From Raillietiella orientalis (taxonomy: Eukaryota): 64,000 nt of DNA. Shown one piece after another: positions 1-12,500 of this stretch (the stretch's first letter is position 1; every line of letters begins with the position of its first letter). The translations under genes were made by a program, and so were the position numbers. Below the pieces are notes generated by a model, which did not search any database, was not told where the DNA came from, and saw only the letters and a list, made by a program, of their open reading frames with translations. Where the stretch lies: positions 992,001-1,056,000 of the forward strand of contig JAYWIR010000014.1 of the NCBI GenBank assembly GCA_036172245.1. Direction: 5' to 3'.

Positions 1-791
1 GGAAGTGGCCCGCAGTTCACCTCCTTGCTGTGGGGAGGCCGACTCCGGTCTCCTGAAGGAGGTTCGGGTGTGCTTCCTCTCTTCCCTCTTCGCGCCATCT
101 TTGGATTGAGAAGCTCGCAGCAAGAAGGGTTCGCGTCGAAGCACCGAGTCTCGAGACGAGCGCTGAGTTCATCCTGGAGCTGCGTGACATTGAAAGCGCG
201 AAACTACCTTGGGGGAGCCTGGACTCATTTCTTGAACTCAAAGGTCGGGGATGGAACGCTGGGTTCCTTTCCGGGGAAAGTTGAGGCCCACAGGAGTCCC
301 GAACCCGAGACAGCACGCGCGGTTTCCTCCTGGTGTGAGCGGCGCAGGCGTAGCGAGCGGGAGCAGCCTCGTAGTAGGACGCGTATGCACGGGTTCCTTT
401 GTCGGAGAAGGAAGTAGGATGCCAATGGTGCGCATCTTATGTGGTCCGGCAGTTTCATTCTTCCCTGTATTGCCTGGATCGGATTCATTTGAAAAGCAAG
501 AGGAGACACCTGAAAAGCGTGGCAGCCGCTCCAGCGTCTCTGCTCCCGACCGTGCGAGCAGAGGTGCAGATGCGGCTACGAAGATCCGCGTCTTTGTCCG
601 TCAATGCGTTTCGCCTCCTCCCGTTCCTCGAGGTGCCGCGGACGCGAACACTCCCCCCTTCTCCCCCCCTTCCACCGGTGAAGCTGGAATGTTTCCCTAC
701 GTTTTTTTGAGACCCCCAGAGACTCCCAACACTATGTAAAACTCGCGCCGCTTCCCTGTGCCTGATTTTGGGAAGGTCTCCACAAGGGACT

Positions 792-1060
792 GGGGAGTAG
801 GGAACGCCTTCTGGAAAGACTACCATCCAGAGAGTCGAGATCCACTCGGAGCTTGTCGGGAAGTCCGAAGGCGCGTTCCTCTCGGCACATTCCGATCCGG
901 ACTGCAGGGGGCTCCTGAAACACGTCCCGTTAGCTCCTGCCGCCGGATTCCAAGGCGACGTAGGCGATGCGAAGAAACGGGTCAGCCGATTCCTCGTCAG
1001 CCTGCAGGGTGCTCCGAGTGTTTCCTCGGAAAAGACGAGGACGCATAGGAATCCGTCGCT
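792..1060 (-). repeat. 269-bp tract, inverted identical copy of 9589-9857, inside a degenerate non-LTR retrotransposon ORF2 fragment
   Basis: Reverse complement matches 9589-9857. The ORF track gives identical peptides in two frames (GVGNAFWKDYHPESRD...KDEDA and SDGFLCVLVFSEETLG...VPYSPVP). The flanks are still alignable but diverged. Confidence 0.95.
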
Positions 1061-1485
1061 TCCATTCCGGCAGAGTTGGTCAGCAGCATCCTTCCTTCTG
1101 TCTGGGAGGAGGACCGTGCCGAAGCAAAAGATGCTCGCGATCCGTTGCTCTGCGGCTGCGGGACCATTCCGGTTTCTCACCCCAGAGAATGGGATGGCCT
1201 TCCTGCACACCCTTTTCCCGCTGCCGCGGAGAAGAGGAGAGTGACGGACGTCACCATGCAGGCGATGGAGCGGGAAGAGGGAGGGACTTCCTTGCCAAGG
1301 GAAAAGAGCGACGAAAAACCGGGACCCCACTCACCCTCTTCTGGGACCTCCTGGGATGCGGCGGAGGTTCCTGGATCGGTCTGCTTATTCCCTGAAGAAC
1401 GAACGCGTCTCCAGCAGTATTTCCCACACCATGCGCGTCGAATAGCCGCTCCTACTGCTGTTTCCTGACGCTTCTTTGCTTGTAG

Positions 1486-2696
1486 GCGCTCGCACAGCTC
1501 GCGAGAGCCTCGTGTTGATATGCCCCCTCGTTCCGGAGAGAGGCTTCCGCCTCCGCTGCACCTTGACCCCGTCGCTCACATACGTGCTACAGAGAGGTCT
1601 TTTCAGATACCATCCCTTGGATACGGTTGTGGAGAACTCTCCATCGAGTGAATCCGTGGCCACTCCTTCGGCCTTGGCTGCAGAAAAACCGTGTCAGAAA
1701 CCGAGCGTGCCTGAGGCGACCCTCGAGGTTTCAAGTTTCGCGGGAGCTGACGACGAGCGGGAAGCGATGGCAGCCAGGATGAAGACGAGCATCCCCATCA
1801 CTGTCGTGTCCGAAAGCGACCTCCCTTACATGGGGCAGATAACGCTGGAACGCCGGTCCAGAAGGGGCAGGAAGCCGAAGAAGACGGACATTTGCCACCT
1901 TGTCTCGAAGAACTACGGAATAGAGGTGGAGCGTCTGAGAATCCCTTTGGACTGCTCGGGAGTAAACCCTCCCAAAACGAGTCACGTGCTGATATCGCAT
2001 CCTGATGGGATGCAGTGCTCCGTAAGGAAGAGGCTGGCTTCCGACGACCCACATTCCTGCCCGGAAGTCCAGCGGGAGCCACTCAACCTTTGCCTCAAGG
2101 ACCTGAGTGCAAACGCGAGGAGGGAGCGCCTCCCAGACGGCCGTTTCCTCTGCGACGAGCTCGCGGCGAAACCGCTGCTGTCTTTCGAAGCCATCCAAAA
2201 GTCTATAGAAGCTGCTCGCCTGCTGCATATCGGCGCGTTTCCCCCCTCCCCCTGTAGCAGTATGATCTGCTCCTGCTCTCCCGACAACCCGCAGGATTCG
2301 AGGACGGCGGAAGGCGGCGGTGACGTCACCATCTGCAAGTTCAAGTTCGTGGGCGGGTCGAAGCCCTCCCTGGAAAGAAAGAGGGTGCTCTCCATCGACA
2401 AGTCCGGGAATCTCTTGGTGCAAAAGAAGTGGGACGAATTGGGAAAGCTATCAAAGCTGGACTCCCTGAAGGGAGTGGTGGCGAGCGCGTCGAACGCTAG
2501 GAAACGGAAACCAACCCTCAGAGAAAGCATCGAAAGGACTTACCAGAACAAGGGTGTTCTGATTCAGACGCAGAGGCTGGAATGTCCCCAAGGATCAACT
2601 TTTTGCAAGTTCCGCCAGCTGCGAAAGTTCACTAGGTACCTATTCCGCAGCTGGAAAGATTATCTTCCCAAAGTCCCTCTGGATCCCGTGAAGTAG
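1486..2696 (+). CDS. Probable terminal coding exon (about 403 codons) of a host gene encoding an uncharacterised, probably nuclear/regulatory protein
   Basis: Uninterrupted frame ending at TAG 2694-2696. A strong 3' splice acceptor sits just upstream (CTGAC branch, gcttctttgcttgtAG at 1484-1485). Complex motif blocks: LPYMGQITLERRSRRGRKPKKTDICHLVSKNYG (basic, AT-hook/NLS-like), EPLNLCLKDL (CtBP-motif-like), ICKFKFVGGSKPSLERKRVLSIDKSGN, and TYQNKGVLIQTQ...FCKFRQLRKFTRYLFRSWKDYLP. The last block resembles uncharacterised arthropod proteins (recalled, not searched). Confidence 0.75.
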
Positions 2697-2873
2697 ATAG
2701 GGAAGGGAGTGCGTTTACCGACCTTCCAGATCGACCTCTCCGAAGAAGATCAGGCAGCAGAGCGCTGATGCTTCTCCTCTCACGGAGAGCTGCTTGGTAG
2801 CGACCAAGAGATCTGCCGGATGGAGAACTGAGTGTTTCCGGGGAAAGCGATGCCACACACCTCTCGTATTGCG

Positions 2874-2925
2874 AATAAAAGCTGCAAGAGGAAAAAAAAG
2901 GCGCTTCTTTGTGCGTTTTGTCTTC
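2874..2925 (+). promoter_or_regulatory. Candidate polyadenylation signal of the 1486-2696 gene
   Basis: AATAAA at 2874-2879, about 180 bp after the stop, followed by a GT-rich element (tttgtgcgttttgtc). Confidence 0.45.
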
Positions 2926-4805
2926 CGGTGCACGGGAGCTGTCGCGGGCACCCGCCTTCCCTCTACTGTCTTGCAAGTGAGAACACCACTGGTGTTCCCC
3001 ATGGCTGGAAAGAACAGAAAGAGGCTCGGAAACTGGAAGACAAAGAAGGATCTCTGAGGCTTCCAGCGTGGTTCGCTCCAAAGAACACTCCTGGACACTC
3101 ACGTGACGCGTGACCGTCTCTGCCCCGGTGAGCCCAGCCGCGATTTCCGCAACATTGGCTCTTTATGGGAGCATCGGATCGGAAACCGGAGTACCGATAG
3201 GGGGATTAGCAAAGTTTCCGAAGGGAAGATGGTGTGGCCAAGATGGATGGAAGGCGCCCCACCAAAGGGAGCCAGTTGAGATAATAAATCATTTGTTCAT
3301 CCTAAATGGGACGGACGAAACGATCAGCGAGAGTTACTTCATTTCGAAAATTCTTTCCTTCCCCATCCAGCGCGAGGGAGTCCCCAGCTTTGGTTGCTCT
3401 GCTTTCGGGGACGCTACGAGAGACCCCAGTCCTGCAGAACCTAGCTCGCCGAACGTGTTCCACCAGCGCTTCTTCCTCAGAAGGTTTCTGAAAAACAAGG
3501 AGGCAGCTCTTTGAAGGCGGTAAGCACGTAGCCTATCCTCTGACCTCTTGATTCCTGACTGAAGCGATTGCAAAGGGGACGAATAGGATCCAAAAGATCT
3601 CCCAGTTCCGTGAGGTCAGACTGCTAAGCGGATTTTCCTCTCAAGCGGCGAACAGAGAGACTCACCCGTGTCCCGTGAAGTTTGGGGGTGCGCAGAAAGA
3701 CGAGAGGTGGAGGGGTCTTCCTGTCTTCCTACCTCTCTAGCAGTCTTCATTCCATCAGCTATAGTCGGATCCCCGTGCCTTCAAGTGGTTCTGCAGGTTT
3801 CAGAGTCCTTCTCCTTCCGTGCTCAGCTTCGGAGTCGCTTCCGAGTTGTGATCTCGGACAGCATCTGGGGATGAGCATTGCTGATGGCTCCGTCGGGAAA
3901 GACGACGATCTCCTTCCTGGACCAGGCTTGCTGCACTTTCACATCCTTCATGAGTTCAACGCTTCTGGCTTTCCGTGAGTGAAGATGGTGAAGATGTAGG
4001 TGAAGATGATGTCGCTCACTAAGGTCTCCATGGAAACGGTCAGGTTCGTCCTTCACAACACCGGATCCAAGGACTCCTTGGCGGAGAAGCAGCATTTCCC
4101 ATCGCTCAGTGTGCATCGAGAAAGCTTGCAACTTGCTCGGGGATGTGCAATGCTAAGAAGTCGACAGTGAGGTAACCCAAAATTCCTCTCAAAATGCTCG
4201 GTCCAGAAGTGTTTTTCATTTCGGTTCGCTGACCATCAGCGACACTCCCATGGCAACATAAGGGTTGCGCTTGACCTTCGACTTGAGGCACTGCACCGGC
4301 ACGTTCTCCAAGGGTCATCCTGCCTTGCTTTAGGCTGCCACGGAGCTGCAGTCCCTCTGGTGCTTTTTCCGTAGAGCAAGAAGTTGAGGGTGCTGAAGCC
4401 TCTGAGTACCTTGCCTCGGGGTCATTTTCAGGAATGAATCTTTATCATAAGAAAAATTTTCGGCTCTATTCGTGTCCGGTAGAGTCGGACCATGAGGATT
4501 GGAGCGCCGGGGGTGGAGCTCTCAAACCAGTCTGCCTGGACCAAGACGAAGAGAATCTAGGATCTTCGGACAGCCTCGAGGTGACCAAGGAGCCGACTGA
4601 TCCATCCTTGAACACAAGCAAGTCGCACTTCAGTGACACCTGCTCCGCTCGAGGGGCGGCATAGGGAAGGACATTCACGTAGCCTACGGGGAGGAAGACC
4701 AGAAGTCCTTCCGGGACCTCAGGGAGAGCGGGAGGAATGCGGAGCCATGTTCCACCTGTTCCCTGGCCACCGCCTCCGCCCGTCTAATCTCGGGCTGCCA
4801 GTCAA

Positions 4806-5761
4806 CTGTATGGGATGAACACAAATAAAGTTCAAATGGCGCCGGAAGGGCCGGCCCGAAACCAAGGCGGCAAAACCTGGGGGCGGACCCGAGAAGCAAG
4901 TGCGGGCAGGGCGGTCAATGGAGAAATCACGAATAGGGAGAGCGGGATGAATCGGTATCTCGGAGGAGGAGGGAGGGGGAGGATGAAGCACACAAGCGTG
5001 GAGGGAGAGAATGGGGAAGGAAACGCTGCTGCCGCTGGGGTTTCCGGCCAGTATGCCCGCAATCGCCCTTGGCCGCCTTCGCGTTTCGCGTCCCGGGCCG
5101 GGGGCCACTCCACCGCGCGCGGCACGCAAGCGACGGCAGCTCCGGGAGCGAGGAGGCGGCCGTGTCCCTCCTCCGGCCGGGCGACCCCCGACGTGGTAGG
5201 AGGCAAACCCAGCGCGGCAAGGTGGGTGTAGGGGGACTCATGGGGCAACTGGGGCGCCCCCTGCGACGCGCGTCCAGCGCTGGCTGCTTCACGCAGCCTC
5301 TGAAGCATCCCAACTCGAAAGGATCCCTGGGGATCCTTCCCGCAGACTAGTGGCAGCGTCCCTCTTCCGGAGATGGGAGGTAAGGGGGGCAGGACACCTC
5401 CGGCAAGATGGGAGCGCTCCCTCAGGGCGGAGGCGTCCGCCGGGATGCCGAGGTCGACCCGCCTCCGTGGATCCATGGGCGTGGTAGGCTGGCAGGCTGC
5501 CCCATCATGCTGCTGCAGGAGGATCCTTTCCTTCCCCTCATCCCTTCCCCCAGGAGGGTGGGGTCCTGCGGTGCGGCCCCTCGAACGGTTCCGCGATGCG
5601 CCCCGTGAAGCAGAAGATTCCGGAGCGGCCCTGTGGAAAACGCAGGCGCTCGAGAACGGTGATGACCGCCGTGAGGCCCTATGTCCCGAGCTCATTTCTT
5701 TCTTCGGTTTTTGATCCTCTGTTCCTTGCCCCTGCTCCCTCAGCAAGATCGAAGTCCTATT
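4806..5761 (+). repeat. About 956-bp direct repeat, copy 1 (copy 2 at 40121-41076)
   Basis: Constant offset of 35315. Several ORFs are duplicated exactly (e.g. 4927..5313 and 40242..40628). Only two substitutions were seen, both near the ends (4826, 5745). Confidence 0.97.
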
Positions 5762-8700
5762 ATCGAGGAGGCCTCGACCTGGCCTCGTGGACCCTGAGTG
5801 AGCACCCTTGGCACCACTGCTGTTAGGGAGAATAGACCACCAATCCTAGGGCCGAGGCTCTTTACCTTTCAGCAGCAAACAATGGCTTCAGACCGGTATG
5901 GCATTTTTCTTCCTTTGTTACTCGGCTGCATCACGCAACCGCAACAAGACAGGAACAGCGGCAGCAGCAGAAAGGGGAGCCCAGCAGAGTAAGGATGGTA
6001 GGCTTTTCCTTTCAGGAAACAGACAACCTGAAGTCCAATTGCAGATCTCCGTGCCTCACGTGCTGCATGCTTGCAGCAACCAGGTCAGATGTGCGGCAAA
6101 ATGATGTTCGATTTTGATTCCTTCTGTAGGTGTTCCTTGCATTCGCTGGAGAAGGGGGGATGTCCTTTTCCTTGAGGCGCGACTGTGAGCGACCGTCTCC
6201 GAGAATGCACCTCGCGCTTCCGTTTCTTTACTGCAAATGGGATCTCGCTTAAGGGCGTGCCCTCGAGAAAAACACGCGTAAATGCCAAGAGTGGCGCTCA
6301 GCCTCGCTGCAGACTCTTGTAAGGGTCCTGCGGGCAACCGAGATTTTCTGGTGCAGTCACCCATCCTCAAACCAGGCGCACAACAGTCTCCGGATTTTGG
6401 TGCTGGTGTTTCGAAGAGAGGTAAAAAAAAAGAAAAGAAATGTCATCAGGATGCGATGGAAGTCTCTGGATCCGAGATTTGCTCGTGGAGACGATGCCGG
6501 ACCCCACATCAGCAGGGAAAGGATGGGCTTTCCTTGAGTGATGCCGTGGCGACGCAAAGCGGGCAGCGAGAGGACGGCAAGTCGAACCGCGGTCCTGTCC
6601 CACCCGCCGAGAGAGACGCCAGCGCGAAGCGGAGGAAAAGCATCCGGAACCGTTGAAAGAAGCCGTTCTTTCCGCTCTGGATGCTCGCAGTCGGTCCCGC
6701 AGCCCTCTAAGCATTCCTGGTTGGGAAGCATCTATGCGGTGTGCCAGCGTGTCTTGCAAACACGCCATGTCCAGAGCTGAGCGATGCTGGCATCCGGAGA
6801 GGCACGCCCTCACGTTTAGAGATGTAAACGGTGGGGAGCACAAGGTGGAACAGTGATCTGGAAAACGACCGAATGCGAAGGTTCTCAGAGGTTTGCCTCA
6901 GAGACAGCAGAGCTCTTCCCTCTTGGGCCCCGCGTCCCAAGCAGAGAGAGCCTCTCTGGGGTATCTAGGAATTTTGAACGTGGAAAAGTTAGGAAACTGA
7001 GGAAGCGAGGAGGATTAGAACAGGAATTCACCTCTCTTTGTTAATCACCGCATCACGTGCTCTTCATCACGATGATCTGGATCGATCGATCTAAGAAATG
7101 CCATCGAGAGGAGGAAAACGAAAGCAGGAAACGCCAAAGAAGGAAATTCAGGCAAGCATGGCATTGAAATGGGATAAAATGATGAGGGATCATGGAAAAG
7201 GGAAGGGTGAAAAGAAGTGAGTGTTCGCAGAATATGAAGATTATTTCTTGGGAATGCAATATGAAAAAAAGACAGGGAGAAGGTGGATAGACTTTCCTGA
7301 TTTCAGTCCCATGGATATCCCTGGCTTAGAATTTAAGAGAACACCCTATGCCCTTATAATTCCGCGCGCTCGCGCGCGCGTGTGTTCAGCATCTCTCAGA
7401 AACGTGATGTTTTGCGTGTTTTCCTGCATGCAGTATCCTGGAGAGCGAATGGAAACAGCGAATTCGCAGCCCACTTGATAGTGCTGCGATCTCTGCTCTA
7501 CTGAGTGAGTGGAGGGATTACCTTAATAAAAGGGCTTGAATCCTTGCATTCTTCACCAGCTTCATGTATTGTCCATCTCTCCCTGTGCGTCTGAGGTTAT
7601 GATTTCCTCCCTTCATCGGGAGGATGTTCCAATGCATCAGTTCCAGTATATATCGCTGCCATATTGCATCTTAGAGGCAACTACAGGGGACCTCATTTTG
7701 TCGGGTGCACATCTCATCACCTGTTCCTTCTGCGGGATTCCAGGATGTAGAGAGCCAACTAGTAGAGCTGTGATGGTCACTTGGACCCTATAGCTGACAA
7801 GGGGACATCGAGATCATTGTGTTTGGTTCCCTTTCTTCCTTGAGAGTACCTGAAGCTTCAAGGGTGCTCTCGAAAGGGCATCCCTCTCCTCTTGCATAGC
7901 ATCAGATCTGGGAGGAGACGCCATTTCGTTCCAGGAACTCATGTCTCTTAATGCCCCGGAGAGAGTGCCACAGACAGCAATTTAGCAAATTGGACCGAGT
8001 CTCATCCCGAAACTGATATCTCCGGAAACTGAGGTCTTTTCCGAGATATGCGATTCCCCTGACCGGGGACGTCACGACGGGATGAACAGATGAATCTATA
8101 ATCCGTATCTGTAAGTAATCGGATGTACTTCATCGAAGTGGGGGGAAGTAGACCTTGAGCTTCTGTAAAATCCAAAGCACCGCATGGCTTTTCTCCCTTC
8201 CCACAATTTTCTGTACGAGGTGGCGTTGGACTCGCTATCGGACGTGTTTTCCACAAAGTGCGAAGACGGGCACATCCATGTTCCAAAATGAAACACCTGC
8301 CTCTGTTTGACTGTTTCGATGGGCAGGCACCCTGCCTCTGGGTGTGGTGAAGCGCAAAGACACCCACCACACGTCGTTCGACTCCGAAAGCATCACGAAG
8401 GATGAGGCAAGAAGGTTCCTGACGGGGAATGAAATTTTCCTTATCTGCCGTTTGTGGACATCCATGATAAAGACGTTTCTTCTGTTGCACGTGGTTGCAT
8501 CTTAGGTTATAAGCGTACTTGGAAAGAAATCCGTCATGTCGTCCGCACTCCAGCACGGAAAGTTTGGAATCAAGGGGAAGAGGATGGAATCCCAACGGAA
8601 AACGACACGCAACGTCCAGTGCATTCTAATCCGATTCCAGAAATGTCCTGAAAAAAGTTTTTACTCTTTTTTCTTTAGCTCAGCTGCTTCCTTTTAAACA

Positions 8701-8918
8701 AGCCTAACAGCAAAAACTCAGGAGAACGTCAGTAGACGACTCGGCGGTCCAGGAGATCGAGAGCAACACGAGAGTGCGTCCAGAGTGGCACCACCTCGCG
8801 TCCCTGTTTGTCCCACCCTCGCGTCCCACCCTCACCTAGCCGGTCGACCGATTGGAAGGCAAGAAATGCTGGAACCTTCGCGTCGCAGTTTTGGATGTTT
8901 TTCCGGGACCCAGGTGGG

Positions 8919-9495
8919 ATGGCGATCTCCTCACTTAACATGCTGACTCGTGAATCATACTGTGCTCAGAAACTGCTAGAGAGCTTCTGTGTCTGCAAGA
9001 GACCCACGAGACGGGTGACCAGATCTGTCCCCAACTCGAACGGCACCTGGACGCCCAACTGTTCCTGGGCCCGGGCGAGAACACCAAGGGCGTGGCGATC
9101 CTCTTCAAGAAAAGGATCTCGCGCACCGTCCTGGAGGTCCTCACTACCATCTCCCTCTTCATCATGAGCATCGTGGTAAGAAGGGAAAAGATGTGGAACC
9201 AGATGAACAGTGTGACGGCAGTGAACATCCTCAAAGGACTCGTGAATAAGGAAACAAGGACCAGGAACTGTGGACGCATCCACGCTGGGATTTACTGTTA
9301 CATCCTGCAAAGAATTGAGGAACTCACCCAAGTGAGTCGAATCCCCATAAGAATCCAGTGAAGAATACCCCATTCCCGAAGAATACCCCTGAACTCAACA
9401 AGCAAGTGACACTCAGTGACACTTAAAAAAGTCTGTGAAAGTGAAAGCGATCAATAGACTGTTGTAATATTGAAACTTAAAGTTGTAAAATAAAT
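8919..9495 (+). mobile_element. Internally deleted Tx1/L1-like non-LTR element: APE N-terminus fused to ORF2 C-terminus, plus 3' UTR
   Basis: MAISSLN, then (frameshifted) ELLCLQETH...NTKGVAILFKK, which are APE endonuclease motifs. The frame continues to YILQRIEE...stop 9361, then an AT-rich UTR with AATAAA at about 9488. Confidence 0.75.
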
Positions 9496-9499
9496 TCAC

Positions 9500-10620
9500 C
9501 CCACCGCGAGTCGGACTGGAGCGAACTGATGAAGAGCTGCCTACATCCAGAAAGGCTGGATGCATCCGGCCAACTCTGCCTGAATGAGAGCGACGGATTC
9601 CTATGCGTCCTCGTCTTTTCCGAGGAAACACTCGGAGCACCCTGCAGGCTGACGAGGAATCGGCTGACCCGTTTCTTCGCATCGCCTACGTCGCCTTGGA
9701 ATCCGGCGGCAGGAGCTAACGGGACGTGTTTCAGGAGCCCCCTGCAGTCCGGATCGGAATGTGCCGAGAGGAACGCGCCTTCGGACTTCCCGACAAGCTC
9801 CGAGTGGATCTCGACTCTCTGGATGGTAGTCTTTCCAGAAGGCGTTCCCTACTCCCCGGTTCCTCGTGAAGTCTTTCTTAGCCAATTCCGTATTGGTTTC
9901 ATCCTCAGAAGAGGAACGAGAGCAGAAGAGAAATGGTAGATCACGACGTTTGTGCAGCAGCAACTGTGCCCCGGATTCAAATCGCCATCTGTGCCTCTTT
10001 TCGCAGGAGACACAGAGCTCGGAAAACCTTCTGAATGAGGCCTCAGCTGGGCATCCATAGATCACTGTGAGGAAGAGTCGCCTCCTTCCACGCGGCACTG
10101 GGGATGTAGGGAAGAGAATGGACCCCAGGGGGTGTTTCCCTAGTCGTCAGAAGAACGCTCTTGTTGCTTTCTCAAGGAGTTCGGTGGAGCGCCGTCGGAT
10201 GCTGTTGAAGAGCACCGCAGGCTTCGAAAAGCACCCGACCACAAATCGTGGGTTAGAGGCGTCACTGAGGATCTTCAGATACGCGGATCTCATCTCCCCC
10301 GAGATCGACTCTCTCCGGTGCCGACCGAAACCCGTCTGGAAACAGGTGAGCGGAACACCACTCGCCAAGGTCCTCCTTGGAAGGGTCTGGTTATCTCCAT
10401 CATTCTCCACCGCCATTTCATGTGCAAAACACGGAACTTCCCCCGTCTGAACGTTGAGCTCGTCTGAAACTCGTCCCAAAGAGACACTTCATAAGGAACT
10501 CTCCTCTCCTTCTCCATGGGCAGCTGTGCCGCCGAAAGGATGATGGAAATCCTTTTGATTTCTGTTTTTTCTGCCTTCCTTCCAGTTTTTATTTTTTTTC
10601 GGGTCTTCTTTTTTTTTTGG
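9500..10620 (+). mobile_element. Degenerate non-LTR ORF2 post-RT/C-terminal fragment containing the second copy (9589-9857) of the 269-bp inverted tract
   Basis: Homologous to about 760-1100 (-). Weak ORF2-like peptides (RFFASPTSPW; LRCRPKPVWKQV), then a T-rich tail. Confidence 0.45.
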
Positions 10621-10688
10621 TTCGCCTAGTACTCGAGAACCGTTCTCCTCTTTAGGGAAGGCTCACGAAACTCTTGGATGCTGCCCAT

Positions 10689-10705
10689 GCCACCAGGGGG
10701 TGCAC
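10689..10705 (+). promoter_or_regulatory. CTCF-like binding motif
   Basis: GCCACCAGGGGGTGCAC has one mismatch to the CCACCAGGGGGCGC core. Confidence 0.3.
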
Positions 10706-10851
10706 TTTAACTCTTCAATTTATAGGGGGTGCCCCGAGAGGGGGCCACGCTATGAATCCCGGAAGACCCCGGAGGAAGGAGTCCCTTCCTCTCTTACGTT
10801 TGGGAGGGAGCCCCGAAGACAAGGAAGCCTGGTTATCTCAGAAAGAAACCT

Positions 10852-11005
10852 CTTCCTTATTCTCTCCGGAGGGACCCCCAGAGGAGACCGCTCCATTATT
10901 TCTCCTCCCAAGGGAACTCCGAAAGGATCCGCTCCTGAAATTTCTTCTCCAGAGGGCACTCCCACAAGGGAATTGCTCCTGGTTTCCTCCTGGTTTCCAG
11001 AGGGA
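10852..11005 (+). repeat. Degenerate minisatellite, about 4 units of 39-44 bp
   Basis: Units begin at about 10852, 10891, 10932 and 10976. Consensus CTCC..ATTTCT.CTCC.GAGGG..CTCC, translating as S(S/P)P(E/K)GTP repeats. Confidence 0.6.
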
Positions 11006-11879
11006 TTTTCCAAAATTTTCTGTGAAAGGTTCTCCCTGAGGGGAGCGGCACGCTTCTTGAGCTCTGGAGAGATATCAATCCACCAGCAGCTCCGTGGTAC
11101 GAGGTGGAGCCTTACCTACCCCCTTCCCTCCCGGGAAGGTGGTGGGTAAGGCTGCATTTTCACAACTGCAGGGAAACCCTGATGCTCCTTGATCGTGGGA
11201 GAACCCCGGAAGGTCAACTTGCAATCGTAGCCAGTCATGAGGTTTCCGGGTTCCAGGAGTGCCGTCGCACCCGAAGCGTATGGTCCAGGCAGCGTCATCT
11301 TGCGGAGGAACTCGAAACTCACGACGCACCCGTTTCTTTGGCTCGCTCCTTCCCGGGTATTCGAGCCCGTAACACTTGGTGCCAGGCGCGGAGGCCCTAG
11401 CCACACGACCGTCAATGCGGGCTTTCTTGATGTCCATCATGAGCAACAAAACGGTAAAGACAGATGTAGTGGAAAATCTCGGACAGAAGAGAATGCAAAT
11501 GGAAGCAAACACGAAATGTCGAAAGCATGGTCTCATCACATAGAGAAAGCTGCGGACCGGCAGGAGAAGGTTCGGCTGTTCCGAAGGATGATCCAACAAA
11601 AAACGAACCGGGTCACTCTGCGAGCTGTAGCCTGCTCAATAAAGCTGGTTAGCTGTCCCAAAACATCCTAATGATCCATGAGAACCGATCTCCAGGATTC
11701 GCAAGGATGCCAGATGATGCAGCAACCACGTAAGCTCTAACGAAGGACAAGTGAGCGCAGCACAAGGAACGAGGACTCTTCTATTTGTTCTTTCCTTTAT
11801 TTCGTGCTTCGCGTCCACGGCAGAGCTCTTGTCGTCGTCGATTTCGCTTCTCTGCTTGCATCCCTCAGCTCTGCTCTTC

Positions 11880-12500
11880 ATGCCCTATAAATTATCATTA
11901 TTTCCTCTGAGCTAATCGGATGAGTCTCGAGAATGAACATGCTCTCCGTTAACGGAGGATTCCTTTTTCTGTCTTAATGGGCAGTCTTGATAGATTTTTC
12001 CAGTTTACGGTCATCAGCACAGCTTCCATCAGTGCGCGCACCCTGCCCATTTCAGCGGGACTGCAAGCATCGATGCGGCCCAAAGTTACGGCGTCCAGAA
12101 GAACGGAGGACACACGATACTTTTTCGTCGTCGTGTGCCAAGAGTGTGCTCGGGAAGCTGTGATTCCCACGTTGGCAACCATAAATTTGGAGACTCAAAG
12201 GAGGGTCGGATGGAAATCCGGAGACCTCTGCGGAAGCGGAAATTCCCTATCAGACTCGCATTGGAGTTCATCCAAGGGGGGAGGACTCTCGGCCGACCAT
12301 GAGCGAGGGAAGGAGGGTCCTCTGGACTTTGCTTGAAGTTGCTTTGATCCGAGATCGATCCTGGGCACGGCCGAGGATGCTGGTCATCCTGGGGTACGTT
12401 CTCAGATCATTGTCCCGCACGACGAGAGGAACCCGCTCCACATCCAGAGCCGCGCAGGCAACCGGTAATGCAGCTCGATCCCACACCTAGCAGGCAGCAG
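11880..12500 (-). mobile_element. Degenerate non-LTR ORF2 C-terminal fragment
   Basis: Peptide ...RALMEAVLMTVNWKNLSRLPIKTEKGILR, followed by an AT-rich tail, resembles the other ORF2 ends in the window. Confidence 0.35.

Noticed and set aside
801..1468. Upstream coding extension of the 1486-2696 gene
   Set aside because: It would need frameshifts, has an in-frame stop at 1443, and overlaps a TE-derived repeat. A splice acceptor at 1485 explains the ORF start better.
8002..8650. Possible viral or transposase remnant in a lower-GC segment
   Set aside because: Short protein-like stretches occur in several frames, but I could not recognise any motif, so it is left unassigned.
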